Positions 52,156-61,810 of a stretch of DNA of 64,000 bases are shown here, in pieces. Every line of letters begins with the position of its first letter. The stretch's first letter is position 1. Source of the DNA: Patescibacteria group bacterium (GTDB lineage: Bacteria; Patescibacteriota; Patescibacteriia; SG8-24); the NCBI GenBank assembly GCA_041667185.1, contig JBAYFM010000007.1:4296-68295 (forward strand), in the 5' to 3' direction. A program made the position numbers and the translations under genes. The notes under the pieces are model-generated. The model ran no database searches. It worked only from the letters and a program-made list of their open reading frames with translations, and was not told the DNA's origin.

Positions 52156-52845
52156 AGGCAGTGCGATGGGTTACCTGGCTAATTTTTTCGAAATAATGTT
52201 TAAGAACCTGAGTTTGGAAACCGGACGCGCCGGCGGATCCTGACTTCCATTTTCAGGGCCTCAAATTTTCGACGGCAGTAAAAAAACACCCCCCTGCCAA
52301 TTCTTTGGGCTTGAAATTGACTTCACGACAGGGGCGTTTATTGTTTCCGCTGGATCACGATTTTTTGTTGGCGAACATGGACTGTTCGACCGCGAATTTA
52401 TTGGCCAGATTGCGCGGAATTGCGCGCCGACCAACCCCCAAAAAGGGTAGCGGTGTTCCGAATGAAGATAGCAAAGTTATGGCAATCCGTCAAGGCCAAG
52501 AGGCATAATTTTGTCAACTTGACAGATCGACCTGATAATAAATTAGGCTAAAAATGAATAAAATAAAGGCTTTACATATATAAATATCTGGTCCTGATTT
52601 ATCCACAAGCTGAGTTTTATTTTTCGCCTCCACGACCATCACTGGTCTTTTGTCCAGCCAGAGCGATTTTTGATGCGTTTCCGTAATTTTTTCCGGCAAC
52701 GGCGAGCTCCGGACAGTGTCAACGACGATTGACAAGAACGCCAAAATATGGTCTACTCAGCAGTCATCTGTTCTTTACAAAAGGTGACGCAACCATTATC
52801 AGGGGCAGGACGTTTTTGTCTCATCCCCAACCAAGGAGGAAGGCC

Positions 52846-53583
52846 ATGAGCCGAGAGTCCAGCAACACCGGTCGGGGTGAAGGCACCGCGACCACCGAAA
52901 CGTTCAAGTGCTGCACCGTGAACTGCGAGAACACCGGGACCGCCGAAAAGATGTTCAACGTCTCCCTCGACCCGGCCGCCGCCACCCGCGAGGAAATCCT
53001 CGCGAAGAAGGTGCGCTGCCAGGACTGCGCGGAAAAGATCTCCGCCGAGCGCGGCAAGCGTTTGCGCGAGCCCGGCTGCGGCGTCTACCCGCTCGTCCGG
53101 ACCCTCGCGAAGCTGACGGGTCATGATCCCATCAGCGCCCAGCGGCTGGATACCATCCGGTGGGTCGAGGCCAAGAAGCAGGAGCGCGAAGCCGCCCGCC
53201 ACGCAGCGGACCGCCAGCAGCGCATCGAGAATGCTCGCCTCAACCGCGAGGAGATCATCCGCCGCTACGCCCGGGACTACGTCCAGATGGCGTACAACGC
53301 CGACCTGGCGCAGTTCCCCGCCGCGAGACACAACGAGCACCACGACCAACTGGTCTGCGGACTGCCAGTCAACTGTTGTCGCCACGACCTTCCAGCCGAC
53401 CGGTTCATCACCGTCTTCGGCGAGGTCGTCGGCATCTGTCGGCTGGCGGCCCAGGTGTTCCTTGAGACGTTCAAGGAATTGGATGACGGCAGCGAATCTG
53501 CGCGCCGCCTGCTTTCCACGCGCGACCCCGAATCCGCCGGACATTTCGCGGACGAGTGGGCCGGCGAAAACCAGGACGAGTAG
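52846..53583 (+). CDS. Hypothetical Cys-rich protein (245 aa)
   Basis: RBS AAGGAGGAAGG + ATG; CCTVNCEN...CQDC...C and later CGLPVNCC clusters; no family recognised; sits after an AT-rich island. Confidence 0.5.
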   Translation: MSRESSNTGRGEGTATTETFKCCTVNCENTGTAEKMFNVSLDPAAATREEILAKKVRCQDCAEKISAERGKRLREPGCGVYPLVRTLAKLTGHDPISAQRLDTIRWVEAKKQEREAARHAADRQQRIENARLNREEIIRRYARDYVQMAYNADLAQFPAARHNEHHDQLVCGLPVNCCRHDLPADRFITVFGEVVGICRLAAQVFLETFKELDDGSESARRLLSTRDPESAGHFADEWAGENQDE

Positions 53584-53677
53584 CTTCCTGATGAGATGAG
53601 ATAGGATGATCCGGCGGCGGTGCGACCGATCTTGGCCGCGCCGCCGCATCCACCCTCACCCAGCAAAGGCGGTCTTC

Positions 53678-53803
53678 ATGTCATATCTGATGACAACCGG
53701 TCGCTTCCTGGTCCAGGCCATCATCGCTCTCGCTCTGCCGGGAGGGCTCGTCGTGGTCGGCGCCTGCCACTTGGTACGTCGCTACCGGAAGCGTCACCGC
53801 TAA
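53678..53803 (+). CDS. Putative small membrane peptide (41 aa, single TM helix)
   Basis: MSYLMTTGRFLVQAIIALALPGGLVVVGACHLVRRYRKRHR; followed by a strong terminator; no clear RBS. Confidence 0.3.
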   Translation: MSYLMTTGRFLVQAIIALALPGGLVVVGACHLVRRYRKRHR

Positions 53804-53826
53804 AGAAAATCCCGCTTCGACAAAAT

Positions 53827-53856
53827 GAGAACCCGCCTGATGGGTTCTCTTTTTTT
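53827..53856 (+). terminator. Intrinsic terminator (GAGAACCC-GCCTGAT-GGGTTCTC + T7)
   Basis: Perfect 8-bp stem plus U-tract. Confidence 0.65.
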
Positions 53857-53977
53857 GACGCGGCGACAAGATTGAACGTCGAAAAAAATAAAAGCCCGGG
53901 AAACCCGAGCTTTAACGAAAGCGTTGATTCGGACTCCGAGAGCGATCTCAAACATCCGCGCGAGGAGACTGATGGCG

Positions 53978-54139
53978 CTATTTGTCAGGCCGCGCGAAAC
54001 CCAAGCAGTTCACGAGGATGATCAGCGAAGCGGCGATCACGCCGACTGCCAGACCGTAGCCAAGCGTTTTGTGCAGGATCAGGGGGTAACAAACCAGATT
54101 GCCAGCTAATGTCCCCAATACCAAAGGCCAATTAATCAT
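53978..54139 (-). CDS. Putative small membrane peptide (53 aa, single TM helix)
   Basis: MINWPLVLGTLAGNLVCYPLILHKTLGYGLAVGVIAASLIILVNCLGFARPDK with AGGAGAGG RBS 5 nt upstream. Confidence 0.35.
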   Translation of the reverse strand: MINWPLVLGTLAGNLVCYPLILHKTLGYGLAVGVIAASLIILVNCLGFARPDK

Positions 54140-54211
54140 GATTACCTCTCCTCTGTCGAAGTCGAAAGAAGGAACAGTGGGTACTTTAACCGGTGGCGTG
54201 CAAACGTCAAG

Positions 54212-54325
54212 TAAGGGAGAGACGGAGATACGGAGAGACGGAGTCACGTCGTTCGCGAGCGACGTGATGTGACGTGATCAAGGAATGATGAAGCACTCCA
54301 GCACTCCAGCACTACCCTTTTAACA
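54212..54325. repeat. Composite repeat copy (GGGAGAGACGGAGATACGGAGAGACGGAG + core CACGTCGTTCGCGAGCGACGTG at 54245-54266 + CACTCCAG x2)
   Basis: Full-length member: GACGGAG units, palindrome, then CACTCCAG octamers. Confidence 0.8.
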
Positions 54326-54986
54326 ACCCCTCGGGTATACTTAAAAACACATCCGAACCTTGCAGCCATCATCAAAAGTTCGCGGCCAAATCCGTCAGGA
54401 AGGCTGCGGATCCGGTTAAGCACGATCGGCATTGAGACCCGAATGCGGTCCGACACCGACGGTCTTTCCGCCCTTGTGGCGGATACTCATCAGGCGATCT
54501 TTCGCCAGCTGACATTGTCCAGAGGTCTCAGACCATTCTCCCCGTCTCGGGGAGCGATCTTTCATCATTCCCGTCTCGGCACGAATCGAACAGCTTTTTC
54601 TGGACTCGCAGCCTTCCGGGCGGATTTTGTTAACGTCCAAAATTTCCAAGCGCCGCCGCAGGCGGTGAGCAGGAAATTTTGTGACAGTTAACAACCCCTC
54701 ACCGCGTCGCGCGACCGGGACGGAGGACGACGTGCGGGAAGCCGAATAAGGCGTTGCCGCGAGACCGATCTGTGGGCCGGCAAGCGCAAACTTCGGACGC
54801 GGTGATGGAGTAACGTCCAAAATTTCCAAGCAACACCAGTTGGCTGTGGCCCATGACCAACAGCTAATAGCCAATGGCTAATCGGACTGGCCCGCATTTT
54901 CTTAAAATGCTATCATTTTGAGGCCTAATGGAGCTTATAATGGCACCGACCCGACATTTCAGCTAACAAGCAAGCTCCGCCTCCTT

Positions 54987-57221
54987 ATGTCCAAGAACAA
55001 CCGCGCGAAAAAGAACGGTTCCAAACCCAAACGCCGCGAACCCAGCGCTCCGAAAATCAACCCGCTGGCCAAAAAAGAACTGGCCGCGCTCTTCCTGTTC
55101 GTCGTCTCTGTCATCTGCTTGTTGTCTTTCTTTGATCTCGCCGGCGCGGCTGGCCGTGGTATCGACTCTTTCTTCGCGGCGCTGTTCGGCATTGATAAAT
55201 TCCTCATTCCCTTCGTCGTTCTCGGCCTCGCCGGCCGCATCGTTTTCCCGGAAAAATTCTCCTTCCGCCTGCCGACCTGGCTCGGACTCTTCCTGTTCGT
55301 GACCGGCTGGGGCGGACTCCTCGACGTGATCATGTTCCGCACCGTCGACGCCATCCTGATCGTCGACAACGTTTCGCGCGCCGGCGGTTTCGCCGGACTG
55401 CTCCTGGCCTACCCGCTGCTCGCGGTCGCCGGCTTCTGGGCCGCGCTGATCATCCTGGTCATGACCGTCATCATCGCGCTCGTACTCACTTTCAACGTCT
55501 CGTTGCACGAACTTTCCGCGAAACTCGCCGGCGTCCGCCATCTGTCCTGGCCCTGGCCTTTCGGACACCGGATCCCGGCCGACCCGGGCGCGCCAGCCAT
55601 TGAACCGGCCGGAGAATTCAAGAAACGCCAGCTGAACCAGTCCGAAACGGACGGGGAAACCGCTGTCACTACTCCCCGCGAAGCCAAGTACGCCGAACCG
55701 CCGGTCAAACTCAGAAAAAAATATCCGCCGGTCGCCGTCCCGACCGACCTGCTGGAGAACCGTTTCGAAAAACCGACCGCCGGCGACATCAACGGCCGCC
55801 TGAACGTCATCAAAAAAACGCTGGAGAATTTCGGCATCCCCGTCGAGATGGGCGAATTCAGCGTCGGTCCGACCGTCACCCAGTTCACTCTGAAGCCGGC
55901 CGAGGGCATCAAACTGACGCGCATCACCTCGCTCTCGAACGACCTGGCGCTGTCCCTGGCCGCCCACCCGATCCGCATCGAAGCGCCGATCCCGGGCAAG
56001 TCGCTCGTCGGCATCGAAGTGCCGAACCAGACCGTCGCGGTCGTGGGTCTCCGCGAAGTCCTCGAATCCAATGCCTTCCAGACCCGCCGCACCAACCTGA
56101 CCGTCTGTCTCGGCAAGGACGTCTCCGGCAAACCCTGGGTCGCGGACCTCGGCAAGATGCCGCACCTGCTCGTCGCCGGCGCCACGGGTTCGGGCAAGAC
56201 CGTCTGTCTGAACTCCGTCATCCTCTCGCTCCTCTATCAGAACAGCCCCGACGACCTGCGGCTGATCCTCATCGATCCGAAGCGCGTCGAGATGCCGGTC
56301 TACAACGGCGTCCCACACCTACTCACACCAGCCATCACCGAAGTACCGAAGATCATCAACGCCCTCAAATGGTGCATCCGCGAAATGGACCGCCGCTTCG
56401 AACTCCTGTCGCAGAAAGGCTGCCGCGACATCGGCGCCTACAACTCTCGCGTCGATGAAAAAATGCCTTACATCGTGGTGCTCATCGACGAGCTCGCCGA
56501 CCTCATGGTCGCTTCGGCCTCCGAGGTCGAAGCCTCGATCATCCGCCTGGCCCAGATGGCCCGCGCCGTGGGCATTCACCTGATCGTCGCCACGCAGCGC
56601 CCGTCGGTCGACGTCATCACCGGCCTCATCAAAGCGAACATCACGAGCCGCATCGCATTCTCCGTCGCTTCCGTGACCGACTCGCGCACCATCCTCGACA
56701 CGGCCGGCGCCGAAAAACTCGTCGGCCGCGGCGACTCCCTCTTCCAGACCCCGGAACTCTCGAAACCGAAACGCATCCAGTGCTGCTATGTGAGCGACTC
56801 CGACACGCGGCGCGTCGTGGATTTCCTGATCTCCAAACTCGAGGAGCCGGCCGATTACGACGACACCGTGACGGCCAAGCCCGGCCACGGCGGTCCGAAC
56901 GGCAACGGCGGCATGGATTTCGGCTATAACAACGACGGAGACGACGAATTATTGGACGAAGCCAAGGAAACCGTGGTCAAAGCCGGCAAAGCCTCGGCCT
57001 CTTATCTCCAGCGCCGCCTGAAGATCGGCTACGCTCGCGCCGCCCGACTCTTGGATTTGCTCGAAGAAAGGGGTATCATTGGCCCTGGAGACGGCGCGAA
57101 GCCGCGCCAAGTGCTCGTGACCCCGATCAACGATGTTGACGGCGTCCATGTCATTGATCCGGAGGATAAGGAGGAAACCTCCGCTGAAGCTGATGAAGAC
57201 GACCAAAGCGAACAATCCTGA
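54987..57221 (+). CDS. ftsK: DNA translocase FtsK
   Basis: N-terminal TM helices, Walker A VAGATGSGKT, LIDELADLM, HLIVATQRPSVDVITGLIKANI, C-terminal winged-helix gamma domain (ASYLQRRLKIGYARAARLLDLLEERGIIG). Confidence 0.9.
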   Translation: MSKNNRAKKNGSKPKRREPSAPKINPLAKKELAALFLFVVSVICLLSFFDLAGAAGRGIDSFFAALFGIDKFLIPFVVLGLAGRIVFPEKFSFRLPTWLGLFLFVTGWGGLLDVIMFRTVDAILIVDNVSRAGGFAGLLLAYPLLAVAGFWAALIILVMTVIIALVLTFNVSLHELSAKLAGVRHLSWPWPFGHRIPADPGAPAIEPAGEFKKRQLNQSETDGETAVTTPREAKYAEPPVKLRKKYPPVAVPTDLLENRFEKPTAGDINGRLNVIKKTLENFGIPVEMGEFSVGPTVTQFTLKPAEGIKLTRITSLSNDLALSLAAHPIRIEAPIPGKSLVGIEVPNQTVAVVGLREVLESNAFQTRRTNLTVCLGKDVSGKPWVADLGKMPHLLVAGATGSGKTVCLNSVILSLLYQNSPDDLRLILIDPKRVEMPVYNGVPHLLTPAITEVPKIINALKWCIREMDRRFELLSQKGCRDIGAYNSRVDEKMPYIVVLIDELADLMVASASEVEASIIRLAQMARAVGIHLIVATQRPSVDVITGLIKANITSRIAFSVASVTDSRTILDTAGAEKLVGRGDSLFQTPELSKPKRIQCCYVSDSDTRRVVDFLISKLEEPADYDDTVTAKPGHGGPNGNGGMDFGYNNDGDDELLDEAKETVVKAGKASASYLQRRLKIGYARAARLLDLLEERGIIGPGDGAKPRQVLVTPINDVDGVHVIDPEDKEETSAEADEDDQSEQS

Positions 57222-57957
57222 ACGCTCCGGATCCGCTGCTGGCTGCAAGATCGCCGACTCCGTCGGTGCTTTGCTGAAGAAAGCGCGGACCGATCTTGGC
57301 TGTTCCCGGCGCGAAGCCGCGACGCGGATGAAGATCCCCGAGCGCTATATCGCGTTCTTCGAGGACGGCGCTTACGACAAGATGCCGGAGGACATCTATT
57401 CGAAGATCTACCTGAAAGTTTATTGTAAGTTCCTCGGACTCGACTCGCCGACGATGGTGAACCTCTATCGTCAGGAACGCTCGCGCTACGTCGCGGGACA
57501 GAAAAGCGTCGCCGAACCCGCGACCCGGCATCCGGCCCGGGCCGTGCCGGCCAGCGCGCTCGTCACGACGCCGCATCTTTTGCGCAATATCTTCCTGGGC
57601 TTGCTCGCCGCCAGCCTGCTCGTTTATCTCGGCTGGGCCGTCCAGAATATCGTCGCCGCGCCGGCCATCAGCCTGTCTTCGCCGACGGAAGGACTCATGA
57701 CCTCGGACTCCGAAATCTGGGTCGAGGGCCGCACTGAACGCGAGATCACGCTGCGCATCAACGGCAAATACGTCGCCCCGGATGACAACGGCAATTTCCG
57801 CGACAAGCTGACGCTCCAGGATGGCTGGAACGAGATCCGCGTCGTCGGCGCCAAGAAACACAGCAAGGAAGCGGTGATCACGCGGCGCGTCTTCGTCAGC
57901 ACGCCGGCCGAAGCGCTGGTCCAACCGACCGAGCAACTCACGGCCGATCTGCGCTGA
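57193..57957 (+). CDS. RodZ-like HTH (Xre-type) domain membrane protein
   Basis: HTH VGALLKKARTDLGCSRREAATRMKIPERYIAFFEDG, central TM helix, C-terminal domain; start overlaps the ftsK 3' end and is uncertain (57148/57193). Confidence 0.55.
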   Translation: MKTTKANNPERSGSAAGCKIADSVGALLKKARTDLGCSRREAATRMKIPERYIAFFEDGAYDKMPEDIYSKIYLKVYCKFLGLDSPTMVNLYRQERSRYVAGQKSVAEPATRHPARAVPASALVTTPHLLRNIFLGLLAASLLVYLGWAVQNIVAAPAISLSSPTEGLMTSDSEIWVEGRTEREITLRINGKYVAPDDNGNFRDKLTLQDGWNEIRVVGAKKHSKEAVITRRVFVSTPAEALVQPTEQLTADLR

Positions 57958-57964
57958 GACCGCG

Positions 57965-58015
57965 GATACATAGATATAGAGAGTGCGGGAGTGAAGGAGT
58001 GCGGGAGCGCAGAAC
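57965..58015. repeat. Short repeat-family fragment (GAGAGTGCGGGAGTGAAGGAGTGCGGGAGCG)
   Basis: GAGTGCGGGAGTG units as in the 1981/44370 copies. Confidence 0.5.
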
Positions 58016-58017
58016 AT

Positions 58018-58040
58018 CTGACCCCAGGTCAGATTTTTTC
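58018..58040 (+). terminator. Intrinsic terminator (CTGACC-CCA-GGTCAG + ATTTTTT)
   Basis: Directly after the RodZ-like gene and repeat fragment. Confidence 0.55.
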
Positions 58041-58110
58041 ATTGTTGACACCACGTCCGTGCCGAGTAAGATGAGGATACTTCGCCCTTTCTTTGACCAG
58101 AGGAGAAAAA

Positions 58111-58287
58111 ATGGCGCGCAAAACCAACGAAACGTACACTGTGAAAGCCGCTTCACCACTGCTCCGTCCAGGCCTGACGATCTCCACTAAAGTCAGCAAA
58201 CAGTATCTCGTGCCGACCCTGATTGAACTTTTGGACAAAATCCGGGAGTTCAATCTATCGCAGGACCCGAAAGAGGGTCAGAAATAG
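58111..58287 (+). CDS. Hypothetical small protein (58 aa)
   Basis: RBS AGAGGAG + ATG, own terminator; no recognisable family. Confidence 0.4.
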   Translation: MARKTNETYTVKAASPLLRPGLTISTKVSKQYLVPTLIELLDKIREFNLSQDPKEGQK

Positions 58288-58304
58288 GACGGTCCGACCA
58301 GCTG

Positions 58305-58330
58305 CCCGGCTTAAATAGCCGGGTTTTTTA
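58305..58330 (+). terminator. Intrinsic terminator (CCCGGC-TTAAATA-GCCGGG + T6)
   Basis: Hairpin plus U-tract. Confidence 0.65.
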
Positions 58331-58525
58331 ATGGGCAAATATTTATTTTTTATGGTCGCTGACGGCTATTGGCCATTAGCTATCAACCAATTATCCACAC
58401 CCTCCCCCTTGCCTACCGAACAAAAACCGAACATAATTAGATTAGGTGCTAGTTGCTAGGTTTTAGGGGAGCGAACCAGCTCCCTCAACCTAGAACCTAC
58501 AAACTAAAACCTACAACCTAAAAAC

Positions 58526-58554
58526 TTGACTCATTCCGTGTTAATATCTATCTT
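58526..58554 (+). promoter_or_regulatory. Candidate recA promoter TTGACT-N17-TATCTT overlapped by AACCTACAA direct repeats
   Basis: Hexamers about 55 nt upstream of the recA ATG; tandem repeats ACCTAGAACCTACAAACTAAAACCTACAACCTAAAAAC abut the -35. Confidence 0.35.
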
Positions 58555-58608
58555 GTCCCCGTTAATTTATCCGTCCCGAACCCACGCCCGGGACCGAATT
58601 GACCATTT

Positions 58609-59703
<1,095 letters not shown>

Positions 59704-59722
59704 CCCGAACGATCCCCGGACG

Positions 59723-59754
59723 CAAAAGAAGGCCGCCAATGCGGCCTTCTTTTA
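59723..59754. terminator. Bidirectional terminator after recA (GAAGGCCGCCAATGCGGCCTTC + TTTT)
   Basis: Perfect 9-bp stem with flanking A/T runs. Confidence 0.7.
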
Positions 59755-59904
59755 TATATCTGGATCCCGGCTCGCGCTGCGCTCGGCCGGGATGACAGTA
59801 TCTAAAAATGGGCGCTTACGCGCCCACTGATAATTCGGTGTGTCACTTCGCGCGCTCTTACCCGTCAGGCGAGCGGAACAGCCAGCCTCTTTAAATGTGC
59901 AGAT

Positions 59905-59934
59905 CAAAAACGCCTCCGGCTTGCGCCGAGGCGT
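59905..59934 (-). terminator. Terminator after efp
   Basis: Minus-strand ACGCCTCGGCGCAAGCCGGAGGCGT + TTTTT. Confidence 0.55.
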
Positions 59935-59990
59935 CTTGCATGTCCTACTACCGCCTGACTGGGTCTCGCGCGCCTAATGAACCGGCTGTT

Positions 59991-60554
59991 TTATTTGGCA
60001 CGCTCGACGTACTCACCGTTCTCGGTGTTCACGACCACGAACTCGTCCTGCTGGACGAACAGCGGCACCTGAATCTTCATCCCGGTCTCCAGCGTCGCTT
60101 CCTTGGTCACGCGGCCGGAAGCCGTATCGCCTTTGACGGCCGGCATGGACTCGACCACTTTGAAAGTCAGTTTCTTCGGCAGATCAACGGACAGCGGCAG
60201 ACCCTGATAAAGCAGGACGCTGACCTCCTGCCCCTCTTTCAGATACTGCCCTTTCTCGGACAGAAGCTCGGCCGAGATTGCCTGCTGTTCGAAACTGGCG
60301 TTGTCCATGAAATAATAATTGTTGGCGTCCTTGTACAGATACTGCATCGTCGCCCGGTCGAGCTCGACGACCTCCACGGATTCGCTGACCTTGAAGGTGT
60401 TCTCCATCGTCTTGCCGGTCTGCACGTTCTTCAGTTTGGCGCGCACGAAAGCACTGCCCTTGCCGGGGTTGACGTGCTGGGCGTCGGTGACGACGTGCAC
60501 GGCGTCCTTGAACATGATGAAAGTCTCCTTCTTGAGCGCTGTAGTGTCAGCCAT
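59991..60554 (-). CDS. efp: Translation elongation factor P (Lys34-type, KPGKG loop)
   Basis: VNPGKGSAFVRAKLKNVQTGK loop with the conserved modifiable Lys; collinear with EF-P. Confidence 0.9.
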   Translation of the reverse strand: MADTTALKKETFIMFKDAVHVVTDAQHVNPGKGSAFVRAKLKNVQTGKTMENTFKVSESVEVVELDRATMQYLYKDANNYYFMDNASFEQQAISAELLSEKGQYLKEGQEVSVLLYQGLPLSVDLPKKLTFKVVESMPAVKGDTASGRVTKEATLETGMKIQVPLFVQQDEFVVVNTENGEYVERAK

Positions 60555-60605
60555 AGTGGCGTTGAGCTAGTGGCCATGAGCTGGTCGCTGACGGCCGTAT
60601 TTTTG

Positions 60606-61676
60606 CTAATTTCCGAACAGGTCGGAGGCGGGAAAAAAGAGGACGTCTCGGATATCCTTGGCGTCCGTGAGCAACATTACCAGACGATCAAGGCCAAAAG
60701 CAATACCCGCGCTGGGCGGCATCCGCCCGACCGCCTCCAGGAACTGTTCATCGAGCTCCAGGACCGGCTTGCCGAGCTGGCGCCGCAATTCCTGCTCTTC
60801 GACCAGGCGTTGCCGCTGTTCAGCGGCGTCATTCAATTCCGAAAAGGCGTTACCGAGCTCGATGCCGAGGCAGTAAGCCTCGAAACGCTCGGCGTAGCGT
60901 CCATCGCCGGGTTTCAGGCGGGCCAGCGCGGCCATGGAACGCGGATAGTCGTATAGGATGACCGGTTTGGCTGTCGCGCCGGGCGTCTCCGGCTGCCCCA
61001 GTTTCGGTTCGATGTCCCGCAAAAACAATTTGAAGAAAACATCATCGAACGTATCGGTCCCGTCGATGGTGCAGCCGCGACCGGCGACTTCGCTCCGGAA
61101 CCACTCCGGATCATCAATGCCTCGCCCCAGATCCAGGGAACAATAATGGTCAAAAGCCTCGGCTACGGAAAGCCTGGTCCAGGCCGGAGCCAGCTCCACG
61201 ACCTGTCCCTGATAGTTCAACGCGGTCTGACCGACGACCTTGAGCGCCGCCTCGGCGACCAATTCCTCGGTGTCGCGCATGAGCGCGCGGTAATCGTCAT
61301 GAGCGCGATACCACTCGATCAGGCTGAACTCGGGATTGTGCGTGCCACCCCAGGGTTCGCCGTTCCGGAACGACCGGGTGATCTCGAAGATCTTCGGCAG
61401 GCCGGCCGCGAGCAATTTCTTGAGCGAGTACTCCGGCGACGTGATCAGATAACCGGCCCGCGTACCGCCGCGCTCGTCGGCGAGTCCGGTCGCGAACGGT
61501 TCCAGGTGCGGCTCCATGCCGGGATGCGCCACCAGGATCGGCGTCTCGACCTCGAGAAAACCGCGGCTGGCGAAAAAATCACGCACCGCTTTCATGATGG
61601 CGGAACGCTGAAGCATCCGACCGCGGTAAACCGCGTCCGAGCCGAGACGCCGCCAGTTTGGAGTTGAGGTGGTCAT
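60606..61676 (-). CDS. epmA: EF-P-(R)-beta-lysine ligase EpmA (PoxA/GenX; LysRS class II catalytic-domain paralog)
   Basis: RSAIMKAVRDFFASRGFLEVETP aligns with E. coli EpmA [23 protein letters not shown]; class II motifs; no anticodon-binding domain; adjacent to efp. ATG at 61676 with GGAG RBS (listed ORF starts at an upstream TTG). Confidence 0.8.
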   Translation of the reverse strand: MTTSTPNWRRLGSDAVYRGRMLQRSAIMKAVRDFFASRGFLEVETPILVAHPGMEPHLEPFATGLADERGGTRAGYLITSPEYSLKKLLAAGLPKIFEITRSFRNGEPWGGTHNPEFSLIEWYRAHDDYRALMRDTEELVAEAALKVVGQTALNYQGQVVELAPAWTRLSVAEAFDHYCSLDLGRGIDDPEWFRSEVAGRGCTIDGTDTFDDVFFKLFLRDIEPKLGQPETPGATAKPVILYDYPRSMAALARLKPGDGRYAERFEAYCLGIELGNAFSELNDAAEQRQRLVEEQELRRQLGKPVLELDEQFLEAVGRMPPSAGIAFGLDRLVMLLTDAKDIRDVLFFPASDLFGN

Positions 61677-61686
61677 GGTTCTCCAC

Positions 61687-61714
61687 AAAACCCCGTCCGA
61701 TTGGACGGGGTTTT
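61687..61714 (-). terminator. Hairpin plus U-tract between rpsR and epmA (CCCCGTCCAATCGGACGGGG + TTTTG), ending 14 nt before the epmA start
   Basis: Perfect 8-bp GC stem; T-tract runs into the epmA RBS. Confidence 0.55.
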
Positions 61715-61810
61715 AGGGTCATTGCGAGGCCGAAGGCCGAAGCAATCCCGTCGGTTGCCAGGCGGAGATCCCTCAGGCCTAAGCCCTCGGGATGATCCGC
61801 CCCGGACGGA

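Noticed and set aside
54416-54874. 152-aa minus-strand ORF in the ftsK upstream region
   Set aside because: Its sequence is generated by the 21-bp direct repeats (duplicated LEILDV) and it has no RBS. It is more parsimonious as non-coding repeat DNA.
54326-54986. RNase P RNA, tmRNA, SRP RNA or 6S RNA in the long ftsK-upstream noncoding region (and in 1560-1860, 52156-52845)
   Set aside because: No convincing matches by eye to GGAAAGUCCGG (RNase P P4), the tmRNA acceptor/tag-reading-frame architecture or the SRP domain IV consensus. A distant resemblance (…GTCAGGAAGGCTGCGG…) is too weak to call.
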